64,000 nt of DNA from contig OZ025806.1 in the NCBI GenBank assembly GCA_964019425.1, positions 558,001 to 622,000 of the forward strand, written 5' to 3'. Of this stretch, positions 12,121-23,075 are shown piece after piece. The notes beneath the pieces were generated by a model. That model had not been told where the DNA came from and searched no databases. It saw only the letters and a list, made by a program, of their open reading frames with translations. The DNA is from Flectonema sp. DT1601 (Eukaryota). Every line of letters starts with the position of its first letter. Position 1 is the stretch's first letter. The translations under genes and the position numbers were made by a program.

Positions 12121-13908
12121 ATATGAGTGGATGTCAAAAGTCTGGTACCGTTTTGGTCAACGGTAAACTGCGGGCATGTACAACTCAATCGAGACCCAAC
12201 CCCGTCTGAAACATGCCCCAAAAAATTCAATTCCGGGTGTGGGATCTCACTTTACTCGTAATACTTGTAAAAAAAAAAAAAATTCCTGCATTTTTTGCTT
12301 GTAGCCGGTAACAAAGCTGTTACAGAGAGCCCCAAGCATAACAAAAGCAAAATATGACCACAAAAGCGATAATTGAGCAACTGCAATTACTGATTGACAA
12401 GATGCGAGACCCTCCGAAGTGGAGTGACAGGAAAAAGTTCAATGGGAGTTCAAAAACCTTGGAAGGTAAACGTGCAAAACTGCTAGAATGCCTTTCTGGG
12501 GGTGGTGATGTTACTGCTATGCCCCGTGAGGGTTGTGGGAATAGCAGTGCTGTGGAATGGTGTCAATTGTCCCTTCAGTAGTAAATGAAACAATTGTGAG
12601 CATGGAAACGGGTGACAGGCGAGAAGTGTCTAGAAGAATAGGATGGAAGTTAAGCTTTCTAGAAGAAGCTGGGCTAAAAATAGGCAGAAAGGCCTGGGAT
12701 GCTAGAATCCACGTGCCCATAAGTATAAGAACCAATGAAGATCTTCCTGAAGTTGTGCAGTCAAGTGAGAACGAGCTCAAGGCAGCCTCGTCCGACTTCA
12801 ATGGTATCAAAAAGTCAACGAGGTGAGACTGTTACGTTGCAGGGTGTCCTTGGGGGACATTTAAATCTATCTATAAAGTCAGCAGTATTCGAAATCTGAT
12901 ATCAGAATCTACATACCATCGTATGCGTGGGAATGAATATCATCACCTTGCGCTGTGAACTGATGTCTGCTCCTACTGCCGTGTGGACAGACAATTAGAA
13001 AGAAACTGTCAAAACTACTTAGCAAGTGTTGAATGACAGAATGGTTACCCATTAACTGTTCATTAACCGTTTGGAATGCTGCACATGCCAGTGAGCTGAC
13101 AATAGTGTCCAGTAAGGGGGGCTTACCAGTCATAGCAGCTGGTGTACGACCAGCTGCTATCTCATTATAATGATACAACAGACTTGTTGAGGTTCATTAT
13201 CATGTAGAAGAGTTTATGAGACAGAATGCAGTCTATTCAGAAAACACTTCTGATACGGAGATGATTTAATTATAAAACTTGATTATAAGGAGTCTTCTCC
13301 TTCAGTACCTTGCCACAGGTACCTAAGGAGAAGACTCCTTACCACAAGAGTCATCATCACATTATTAGCAGCAGGAGAAGTACAGTTTGGGTATAACTAT
13401 GCATTTCAAGTTGCACAATGAGACTCGACAAATTGACTTTTTTTTGACGCATACAAATCAACTCAAAACTGATGGTAACTCTTCCGAGGGTTCTACTCAG
13501 GGCTTTCGATCAGAATGTGACTACGTCCAAAGGAAGTGCAAAAAGTGTAGAACGTGGTGCTAAAAACTAATAATAATTATCACAGTAAAAGTATTATTTT
13601 TACTGATAATTCCATTTATTTTTATAATGAAATATTAGAATATAGATTTGGGGGATGATACTTTTGGCAAGGCTGCATATGTAATATTTGGGTTTCTCTG
13701 TAGCCACAAGCCAGTTCTCTGTAAGCCACAAGCAAAAAATGCAGGATTTTTTTTTTTTTTACAAGTATTACGAGTAAAGTGAGATCCCACACCCGGAATT
13801 GAATTTTTTGGGGCATGTTTCAGACCGGGTTGGGACTCGATTGAGTTGTACATGCCCACAGTTTACCGTTGACCAAAACGGTACCAGACTTTTGACATGT
13901 CCTCATAT
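12121..13908. mobile_element. Decayed DNA transposon with ~180-200-bp terminal inverted repeats
   Basis: ATGTCAAAAGTCTGGTACCGTTTTGGTCAACGG...GCATTTTTTGCTTGT at 12131-12302 is mirrored at ~13727-13898. Only short broken ORFs lie inside. The TSD is not resolvable in the AT-rich flanks. Confidence 0.8.
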
Positions 13909-15044
13909 TTTATATTTTTTTTTGTTTTTTTTTTTTTTTACAATGAAAACGAAGAGATAGAAGGGGTAAAAGGTAAAAGAAAAAAAAAAAAAAAAAAAAA
14001 GGAATGTACAATTTCGTAAAATGAATAAAAAAATCGCAACACCTCACACAAGTGATGCAAGCACAGACTGAATATGCGAGAATTTTGAAGGTAATTACTG
14101 AAACGTTCTAATACTGTACAGGCACCATAAAATGAATGCCCTTTATTAACTGTAATAGGAATTATTCCTTCTACGGCATATTGATACAACATATCGATGA
14201 AACAAAAAAAAAAAAGTGAAAAGAATAGCAAATACTTCTTTCCAACAAAAGAAAAATAATGCCATTATTAAACAAATAAATACAGAAATAAAATGGGGAT
14301 GAAAAAGAAAAAAAAAAAAAAAAAAAAAGAATAACGATACAAAACAATAAAGCTCAGGAAAGTACAAATGCTTGCAGAGGGCTTTGAAAGGCAAAAATAA
14401 ATAAGGTGGAAATAAAAACAGCAACTTTGAGTCACAGAGAATTGACAAATGAAAAAAAGTATTTCTTTCTTATTACAGTAAAGAGAGCGTAAAATTGATG
14501 AAAAAGGAAAAGGGACAATACCAATATGCGAGTGGAAATTGTGCGCGCGTTGGTCCAATGGCAGGAAGGGAAAAAAAAAATCACCGCGAGCGATGGTAAA
14601 AAAGTACAAAAAAATGAAAATAAGGGGGAAGTGGGAAAGAAAGAAAAAAATAGCAACAAAGGACCAGGGAAACAGAAAGTCCACAGATAAACAGACGAAT
14701 TAGAAGACTATGTGGTACCACGATTGGATTTTCCTTTTGGTTTCTTTTTTGTAAATCCCTTATCAAATGTCGTATTACTGAGGCTCCATCAGCAGTTTTT
14801 TTTGAACGAAAAAATATATCCAGAGAGTGTAAAGAAGAAAGGAGAATAACGAGAGCTTTGTGTGTCATTGCCCGAAGTAAATAAAATCAACCGTCGGAAC
14901 AACTGACACTATCGTCGGTTTTCACCCAAACCAGTAGCAGTAACAGTGAAGTTACAAATTTGTTCTTGCTTGTGCACGAACTGGGAATAACAGAAAGGGG
15001 TTTTCCGCATGTAAAAACCAAATAAATGCAAAAGAGAAACAAAT

Positions 15045-16409
15045 TTATTTCAATGACGATATGTACGTGCAAACAACCTTGTGGTTTTCCCAATCACATC
15101 GTTGACACGATGGACCGCAGTAGGTGGCTACTTTACAACTGGCGCAAACTTTCAATTCACGAAGACCGTGTTCTGAGTTTCCACATCCTAAACAGTTCAC
15201 TCGGTACCTAAATCTTATCATTCTAATTAGCTGACGAGCCTGTTTTGGTTATTTTATTCAGATCTTAGAAGACACTTTTAATCAACTATTCCAAATGAAC
15301 ACATACCTTCATACACAACTCCTTACCATCTGCTTCAGCCAAGAATGCAATAAGTCGTAATAAAGCTGTTCTAAGATAGCCCATAGCTGTGAGTGTTATT
15401 TATTGGTGTTTCCTTTTCAGATGAAAACAATAATCAAAAACATACATGAAACTACCAAGTCCTCAGTTCTTTTATTCACTTGCAAACACTGACCGATTAT
15501 AACAAAAGTTGTGCAAACTTTCATAATGTTGGTTGCGAGTGAAGTGAATTCCACATTCAGACCCTTTGTATTATTTAGAACACGAAGTTGCGACTCATAT
15601 GAGAGTGCTGCGGCTAACTGAGCTCGAAGAACACCAACAAAGTCAGCAAACGATGAAGGACGAGTCTGAACACCACTAAACAATGTGTGAGAAACCATCT
15701 TATCGAGGTATAGTGAAACTCCTTGACTAAGTCGAGCAAAGCGATGTGTAAAGAATTGAGTAGTAAGAGCTCTAATAGTAGCACGTGATGCCGGAAGTGA
15801 CGCCCATGCTGTTCTATCATCTGAAACAGAACCACAAGTTTGATTCGAATGTTGATCAGCGAATCGTAACAATTCATAAAGTTCTGGAGTTCCCTTAAAC
15901 ATTCCTGCTACGGCATCGAAAGCTGAAACTTCGATTTGACGAACCCACTGCGGGCCAAGTCTCATTGCGAATGAAACGATGTCACTATCCTTCCAACTGC
16001 ATGTTAGTCGTCGCATAAATGCATGAACCTCCACAGGACACATTATCGTAAACTCTTTCATGCTGCTAACACTACTCGCAACCACGTAGTTGTAAGCTCT
16101 GGCAGTGTGTCCAAGAGACAGGATATCCTCTGATACGCTGTAGCAGCACACAATCTTTATCAACTCCGATGGTAACTTGCTGATAGAATCTTTCTTAGAT
16201 AATATTTGTTTTGGTTCAGTACTCATTTCAGCCGGATTTATGTACGTCGCGGATTCTTCCAAAAACTGCCTTCTTTCCCACTGAGCGCTTTCACATTCTG
16301 AAGACAAGCAGGTCATTGTCGGGGGTGACCCCACTTCACTCTCCAACCAGAGCACATCACCCATAAATACTGTCTCCTGCGATAATTCGTTACACGGGGG
16401 ATGCCGCAT
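15045..16409 (-). CDS. F-box + C-terminal MYND zinc-finger protein, 3 exons (16409-15446, 15386-15307, 15239-15045)
   Basis: F-box ISKLPSELIKIVCCY..DILSLGHTAR. Splicing GTATG..ACAG introns 15445-15387 and 15306-15240 keeps the frame and adds CLGC..LKVCASCKVATYCGPSCQRCDWENHKVVC (MYND). The start could alternatively be 16469. Confidence 0.88.
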
Positions 16410-16659
16410 TTTGTGTTGCCCCCGTCTACTACGAAGAAAGAAATAAGGAATATTGACCACCCTGATCATATGCTAACAATATAAATTATCTATCCGAGAA
16501 TGTGTTGTCGGCCTGCAGAGAAAATGTTACACACGAAATGACTCGAAAAAGAACTGTTCGCCGTGTAAACGCCGACGTTCGGCACGCAGCAATATTCTGT
16601 GGTGAGGGTATAAGAAGGGGCAAATCGAAAAAAAATTGTGGTGTATCCTTCGACATTGG

Positions 16660-17355
16660 TTATTTCGGAACAAATGTAGAATATCCCTTGCGGATTGCAC
16701 GTTTTCGTTCTGATTCACGAAGAAGTTGAAGTTTACCTCCCTTCCGTGCTTCTTCTTTACGAATGTCCTCTTCTTCAATAATCTTAAGATCTTCCTGGTG
16801 CTTTACTTGTGCTTCAGTTGTAATCCGATTCCCTTCTTCAATTTCCTTAAGACGGCGTTCACGTTCACGTGATATGACATCGTGGCCGTCAGCGTCGATT
16901 TCTGCAGCCCGTTTTTCGCTGTTTTTGTAGAACATGTCCATCTCTTCGTGGCGAACCCAATCTTCTCTCATCTGATGTAGTTTTGTTCCCATTCGCACTC
17001 TGTGTTCTTTGAATCTTTGTTCAATTTCTGCCAGTTCTTCTCCTTCTTTGTGATCCCGTTCAATTTTTAGTTCCTGTCGACGGGTTGCTATTTGTTGACC
17101 AATCTTAATAATCTGAGCAGTATCCTTTCTCCGTTGTGATATCGATGCCTCGCTGAGCAGAAGAAGTCTCAATTTCCAAAGCTCGTCGTCTGCTTCCCCT
17201 GAACTTCCCTCGATTTCAATTTGAATATCATGGTGTACGTATTGTAGCTCTCGCATTACAAATTCTCGTGCTTCGGGTACATGGTCCTCATCCCACGAAA
17301 TTAAACAGTGCTTCAGTGAATCACTGTAATTCTCTAACTTTTCATGTAAATGCAT
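16660..17355 (-). CDS. Hypothetical charged coiled-coil protein, 231 aa
   Basis: Long E/R/K-rich ORF on the same strand as the cluster. Confidence 0.7.
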   Translation of the reverse strand: MHLHEKLENYSDSLKHCLISWDEDHVPEAREFVMRELQYVHHDIQIEIEGSSGEADDELWKLRLLLLSEASISQRRKDTAQIIKIGQQIATRRQELKIERDHKEGEELAEIEQRFKEHRVRMGTKLHQMREDWVRHEEMDMFYKNSEKRAAEIDADGHDVISRERERRLKEIEEGNRITTEAQVKHQEDLKIIEEEDIRKEEARKGGKLQLLRESERKRAIRKGYSTFVPK

Positions 17356-17722
17356 TGTTTATTAATGACCTATTTTAATTCCCCTCCCAACTTTTCAACA
17401 TTACCTCAATAATATTCATAGTATCAGTTGCGCGCGTGAACAAACAATCATATTTTCTACCTGCTTGATGTGTTTTTTTTTATAAAATGAAGGAACCATA
17501 CTAAACATTGCGCGATGCATTACGTACTTTCTTTACATGTTTTAAGCTAAAACGTTGTGCAAGTCGGAGTTGAGAGGAAGATTAACACACAAAAGGGAAT
17601 ATAAAACAATCTGGATCAGCTATATCGACCGTGATACAGGTTATCACAATCATTTCAAACTAAGGAAGGGAATCACTTTATGGTAAGAAGTAGCAGAACA
17701 ATAATAAATACAATTCAAGTCA

Positions 17723-18373
17723 TTACATATGTTGATGTTGATAATGAACATAGGCTAAGTACAGCAGAATTGATTCATGAAAACACAGACCAAGTTGCTG
17801 TGCAATAACAAATCCTGGAACCCGATAGTGAGCATTTTTTAAGTAGCCAAGTGCATATGCAAACCTACCGATTGCCCAAACAACAAAACTTTGTGCAGCT
17901 AACTCTGGATAGTATAAAGAGGCTACTATATGATATACTAAAAAGAATGCGATATACTCTGAGAAGTTACCAGCTGCTCGTTGGATTCTATTAAACTCAC
18001 CATTTGAACCACGTGGATCTAACAGAACTAATTCACCAGATGCAGTTGTGTACACTGCCTGATCAGGCCATTTAATCCCAGCCATTTCTCTGCAGTACAG
18101 GGCCATGCAGCAAGTTATATCGTAAACAAATCGTGCAAGGCTCAAGTTCATGAACACCCACCAAGGAACTATGTCCAGTAGCTGTCTGTTCTGCATCTTC
18201 ATTCCAGTTGTTGAGTAATAAACCATTCCAAAAGTAATTAATCTAATTACTATTAAAGCAAATGGTATCACACCTCTCGGTGGAGTGTGGTCACCCATAC
18301 CAAGTTCAACCACTGCTGGTTCCTCCGATTTCTTTGTAGCCTGTTGAATGCTGGGTTCTCTTCTGTTCGACAT
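17723..18373 (-). CDS. MAPEG family membrane protein (microsomal GST3-like), 216 aa
   Basis: FNRIQRAAGNFSE..YPELAA...WAIGRFAYALGY..RVPGF matches the MAPEG signature. Confidence 0.88.
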   Translation of the reverse strand: MSNRREPSIQQATKKSEEPAVVELGMGDHTPPRGVIPFALIVIRLITFGMVYYSTTGMKMQNRQLLDIVPWWVFMNLSLARFVYDITCCMALYCREMAGIKWPDQAVYTTASGELVLLDPRGSNGEFNRIQRAAGNFSEYIAFFLVYHIVASLYYPELAAQSFVVWAIGRFAYALGYLKNAHYRVPGFVIAQQLGLCFHESILLYLAYVHYQHQHM

Positions 18374-19101
18374 TCTCGTTGATTTTTTGTTAGATTTACT
18401 TGCAACTATCCTGCTTAAAATATATTATAAATATAAGATAAATATGGCTCAGTTATACACTACAGTGCAGTATTGCACCTATTCGAGCTATTCTAGTCTA
18501 CTGAGTACTCACACGGTGCTGATCTAACATTTAATCCGAGCAGAAACTACACCGAAAAACTTACACTTGGTATCTTCATCATGTCACCTGTTGAAAGAAG
18601 TAATTTTCTTTCCATGTGTCTGTACAGCACCTGAATAAAGAATATAAAGTAATACGCACAACTGGCAGAACAGATACTAAGGACATTCATGTGACCCTAT
18701 CCTAATCTTAGATAGGTTCACCGCGCTGGGGTAGTGCCAGGTACTGACGGGACACCGCAGGTGGGTTTTGAATTGAAGAGCGGAAGTGAGTGAACTTTAG
18801 AAGAAGTTCGATAATAACAATAAAACTAATAACAGTACCACTCACACCAAAGTAAATAATATGCATGAAGTAAGAGAAGTGGAATAAAATATACACAAAG
18901 TAATTTTGGTACTTTATGTTTTCTTTATCATCGGTGCTGCTTTAGGACAGGTTAGCATATTACCCAAACGGAATTTCAAGAAGGATAGCAAAAGATTTTC
19001 ATGAGACCAAGAAGGCTTCGCATTTTCTTTGTTCTCTTCTTTCATCAATTACTAAGCAAAAAAAGGGCTGCGGTGAACCAAGTCCGTTTATTTTCTGTAT
19101 A

Positions 19102-19173
19102 CTGCAAGTGGAAATATTACTGCGCTGAATAATTACTGCGGGGAAATTTTAGTGCGGTATTTTCCACTTGCAG
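19102..19173. mobile_element. 72-bp mini-MITE flanked by TA, same family as 30914-31215
   Basis: TA|CTGCAAGTGGAAA...TTTCCACTTGCAG|TA. Confidence 0.75.
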
Positions 19174-20350
19174 TATGAGTTGCTTTTTTGTTCTGGAAGG
19201 CATCACAGCAGGAAAATATTACTGGAAAAAGAAGAGGAAGAATAAAAGAAAAGAAAAAGTGCCCTAGTGGCAGACTCTACACTCTATGCAGTGTAATTTA
19301 CATGGGCAACATGGGGAGTGCATTGCAGCCTCCAAGGTTAGTAACGACACCTCCCGTTTGCGACCGTCGCGCGGGGGAGTCGGCGAGCAAAGACTCGCAA
19401 ACTGTTAGTCTCTTCTGATCATTTCTTTTTTTTTAATCAAATAGATCAACATGGTTGGATTGGTGCAGAGCGCAGGGCCACTTGGGGCGATAATACCAAG
19501 GTAAGACACTTGTAGCTGCTCACATATCCAGATCTTATTACTTCACGGACGCCACCAGTGAATGGGTATGAAATCCAATTGGATCAAACAGTTTGCTTTC
19601 CTTTCCTTTCTTTGCTGCCGATGCGCAGCTGTAGACAAAGAAGTCCAACTTCAATGTCATTTGTTTACTTAGATACAAATAATAAAAACAAAACACATAC
19701 AGCTACAGGATACTCACATCTGTTGGACCGATATCGATGCTTCCGTTGTCTTCCCTGGCATTGTTTTTAAAATAACACTTGTTTTCTCCCTGTTATTCAA
19801 ATTCTCTGCTAAAATTACAACACAAATAAAGCAGGTTTGTCTTGCTTTTTTTCCGTTACCTGTTTTTGCCAAGGGACGATAGAAGCAGATCGATGGAGGT
19901 TCAGCAAGCGATGTGATGTACTTGTATGTGTGTTCTTTGTGTATGTTTTCTTCCGGTGCGAGTAGTTTTTTTGTTCTTGCCTTTTCAGAGAGAGCCTTAG
20001 CCAAAAAGGAACCATTGTTTTTCGTTCCTGGCCTCAGGCAATGCAACTATCCAGGATTGACAAGTTGGGCCAGCACCCCTTATTGTTGAAAAAAAAATAC
20101 AAAAAAATTTTAAAAAAAGGAACACCCAGTGGAGGGTGTCATAAAGATGTCCAAGCAGCGTGAGTCACTTGGGTCATGAGGAGGCAGATTTCTCCAACTT
20201 CACATGCCATCCACCTCATGACCAAGTGTGCTTGCAGGGAAGAGAAGAGGCTGCTCTGCGCTCACAAGCATAGTGCAGATGAGGGACGGAGGGCTGTTGC
20301 CACATTGCAACATGCATGGAGCGCCAGCGCTGATACTGATTCTTCGAGGT

Positions 20351-20750
20351 ACAGGTAGCATTGGTAGTCTGTTGATCCTGAGTGATCCCAGCTACAGTTT
20401 TGTTTTTCTTTCTTTTTTTTAGAAGAAGATCAGGACATCCAAGCACTGCTGGATAGTTGCTGAATGCAGGGCCTGCCTGTGGCATTATAATAACAGGCTA
20501 AGTCATTTGTAGTTCATAGTTTACCTTTGATTTTATAACTTCACATAGGTACTATGAACAATGAGAGATAGGCAAGGTGACCAACCTTGACATTCTTTCT
20601 TTTCTCTCCTGTTGTGACAAACACAAAATACACACAAAGCTTACAGTGTGTTCTTTGTGTATGTTTTCTTCAGGTGTGAGTATTTCTTGCTTTTCAGGGA
20701 GGGCCTTAGCCAAAAGCTAACAGTCCAAATCTCACCTGGTAATTCAACTC
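20351..20750 (+). repeat. Family C repeat fragment ending in the conserved stem-loop
   Basis: Reverse complement of part of 53115-53575. It ends GGGCCTTAGCCAAAAGCTAACAGTCC..CTGGTAATTCAACTC. A more diverged piece lies at ~19925-20005. Confidence 0.85.
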
Positions 20751-22653
20751 TGGGGGCACTGTTCGGGATGGAGGAACACTGCCAGGAGTTTGTTGACAGG
20801 AAGGTGACACAGCTGGAGAACAAAGTGGAGCTGCTAGTGGACCTGCAGGACTGGCAGGTGGCCATGGTGCTCTTAAGGCAATGCATGGGCTTCTGCAAGG
20901 TGACCCACCTGATGCGATGCTGCATGCATGGGAAAATGGACACCTCGATGAGGAAGGTGGACGAGCTGATGAGGTCCATGGTGAGCCGAGTGTTGGGCCT
21001 GACACTGGAGGGGCCAAAGTGGATGCAAGCACAACTGCCGACCCGGATGGGGGGATTGGGGCTGCGGTCCTGCCTGGAGAAGCTGTCCAAGATGTTCGAC
21101 CTGCTACAAGACAGGCGGCAGGGGGAGGTAGTAGGAACCCTGACGTCAGACGCCCTGTTGGAGGAGAAGAAAGAGGAGTGCGAACTGTTGTTCTCGGCAG
21201 TACAGCTGAAACAGCTGGTCTGCATGGGATGTGCGGACGCCTCCGGATCGACGGATGAGTTGACGCTGATCCCACTGTGTGGCCGTACACCACAGGTGAG
21301 GCTTCAGCCGACGAAGGAGAGAGTCGAGCGGTCCTGCGAGAAGCTGTGCGGCAGCAATGAGGCCACGTTGGAAGAGAGTTTCGCCTTGCTCCCAAGCTCC
21401 TTGATCTTCCAGAGAGACAAGCAGGACACACAAGGGTCCTTGGGATGGGAAGAGCACTTCCAGGTGCAGGTTGGGGAGAGGGTGATGACGTACCAGCAAA
21501 CGGGAGCGATCGCACACCTCGGGAGTGACAACGCGGGGCACTACGTGTCATACATGTGGGACGGAGTAGGCTGGCAGAAGCAAGACGAGAAGGCAATAAG
21601 CCAAGTGTCGACAGAGGAGATCACGGTACGAAACCAGTAGTAGTGGTCTACTCGAGGGTAGAGGGATCGACCCAAGAGGACGTCGGGGTGCCGGTGAGAT
21701 GGATTCCGGTGGCGAACAAGGACCGGATGGAGGTACGCGAGGCACCGCCGTCGGAGGAGGACACCGCAGGGTACACGTCCAGGGAAGAGGTGGAGTGTGT
21801 CCTCCGGACGCGAGTAGTAGGGGGGCAGGCACAGTGTAAGCTGCTCCTACTGGTATTGAGCGTCTGGAACGCGGAGATGGAGAAGCTGGGGGCGGCGGCA
21901 TGCCTGATACACATGGGAACGCTTGAGGAGGTTCATGTGGTTGGGCTGCCTACTGACATGGGACGAAGCGACTGCGGAGTATGTGGCAGCGCTGCTAGGG
22001 CTCAATGCGATCAGGGAGAGATCGCAACTGCTGGGGGGTGAGACACAGATCGAGGTGGTCACACCGCAGGGCTGAGAGACGAGCCAGCACAGGAAGTGGG
22101 ACAACCTGAGGAAAAAGAGCCCCCATCCCCCGACCCCCCGTCGAAGGAGGAGACGCTGTATGTGGTGGCGGTGGGATGGAAACTGGGAGTGTATGCATTG
22201 TGGGAGGAGGCGAAGGCACAGACGGAAGGGTGCCCGAATGCGACACACCCTCCAGGAAGGAGGCGGACAGTTTGTAGAGAGGTGGCAGCTGGATCCTGGT
22301 GGGGCTGGTAGCAGCCAAGGCATGTGGAGGCCTCGTCCCAGCGGAGGCATCCCTGCTGCTGCAAGGAAGTACGACACACTGGTCGACAGACCAGAGAGAG
22401 GTGCTGGAGGATGGGGAGGCATACGACGCTGGTGGAGATGCCAGAGAGGATGAGAACACATGCGACGGAAAAAGCGGCGAAAGAGGGCTCTACCTCAGTG
22501 ACGGAAGCCGTGATGAAGGTTTTCACAGAGGGGGCAAAGAACTAGAGACGAGAGCCACTGTCAGACGGCATGGACGGAGTGGAGGGGTTGAAGGACCTGG
22601 AAGACTCACAGTCGGAGATGGAAGTCGACGGAGAAGACGTGACGGAAGGGTCA
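20751..22653 (+). pseudogene. GC-rich retroelement relic: CRE-like RT C-terminal/thumb fragment, USP (C19) His-box domain, RNase H1 N-terminal (Cauli_VI) domain
   Basis: Peptides LGALFG..FVDRKV..QVAMVLLRQC..QAQLPTRMGGLGL, then GAIAHLGSDNAGHYVSY..W..QDEKAIS..VVVYSR, then LYVVAVGWKLGVYALWEEAKAQTEGCPNA. Frameshifts and stops are present, and both ends are cut by repeats. Confidence 0.7.
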
Positions 22654-23044
22654 GAATTCGATAGAGTGGGAAGTAACGGACTGGGAGCTTTTGGCTCCTG
22701 CCCTATTCCCGATGTAAACTTTTCTTTTTATTTTTTTTTTTTTTTTTTTTAACAGGCCCAAAGGGCGACAATGACTGTTGCTGACCAAGGAATAATATTC
22801 AAATGAATTTTCGTTTCAAAGAAACGAACAGAATTAAGAGAGAGGCAGAGAGAAAAAAAAAAGAAAAAAAAAATATGAAGAGGAAGTAATCAAACATGAA
22901 AAAAAAAATAAAATAAAATATAAATAAAAAAACGTTGTATGAAAAAGGAAAAAAAAAAAAAAAAAAAAAAAAAAAGACCAGAAAAGGAAAGAGAAAATGA
23001 AAAGGTATAATATTATTGTGGGGATATGGGGATAGCAGGGAGAT

Positions 23045-23075
<31 letters not shown>

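Noticed and set aside
20648..20750. N-terminus of the 330-aa ORF (MFFVYVFF..)
   Set aside because: It is read-through from the adjacent family C repeat, not part of the retroelement protein.
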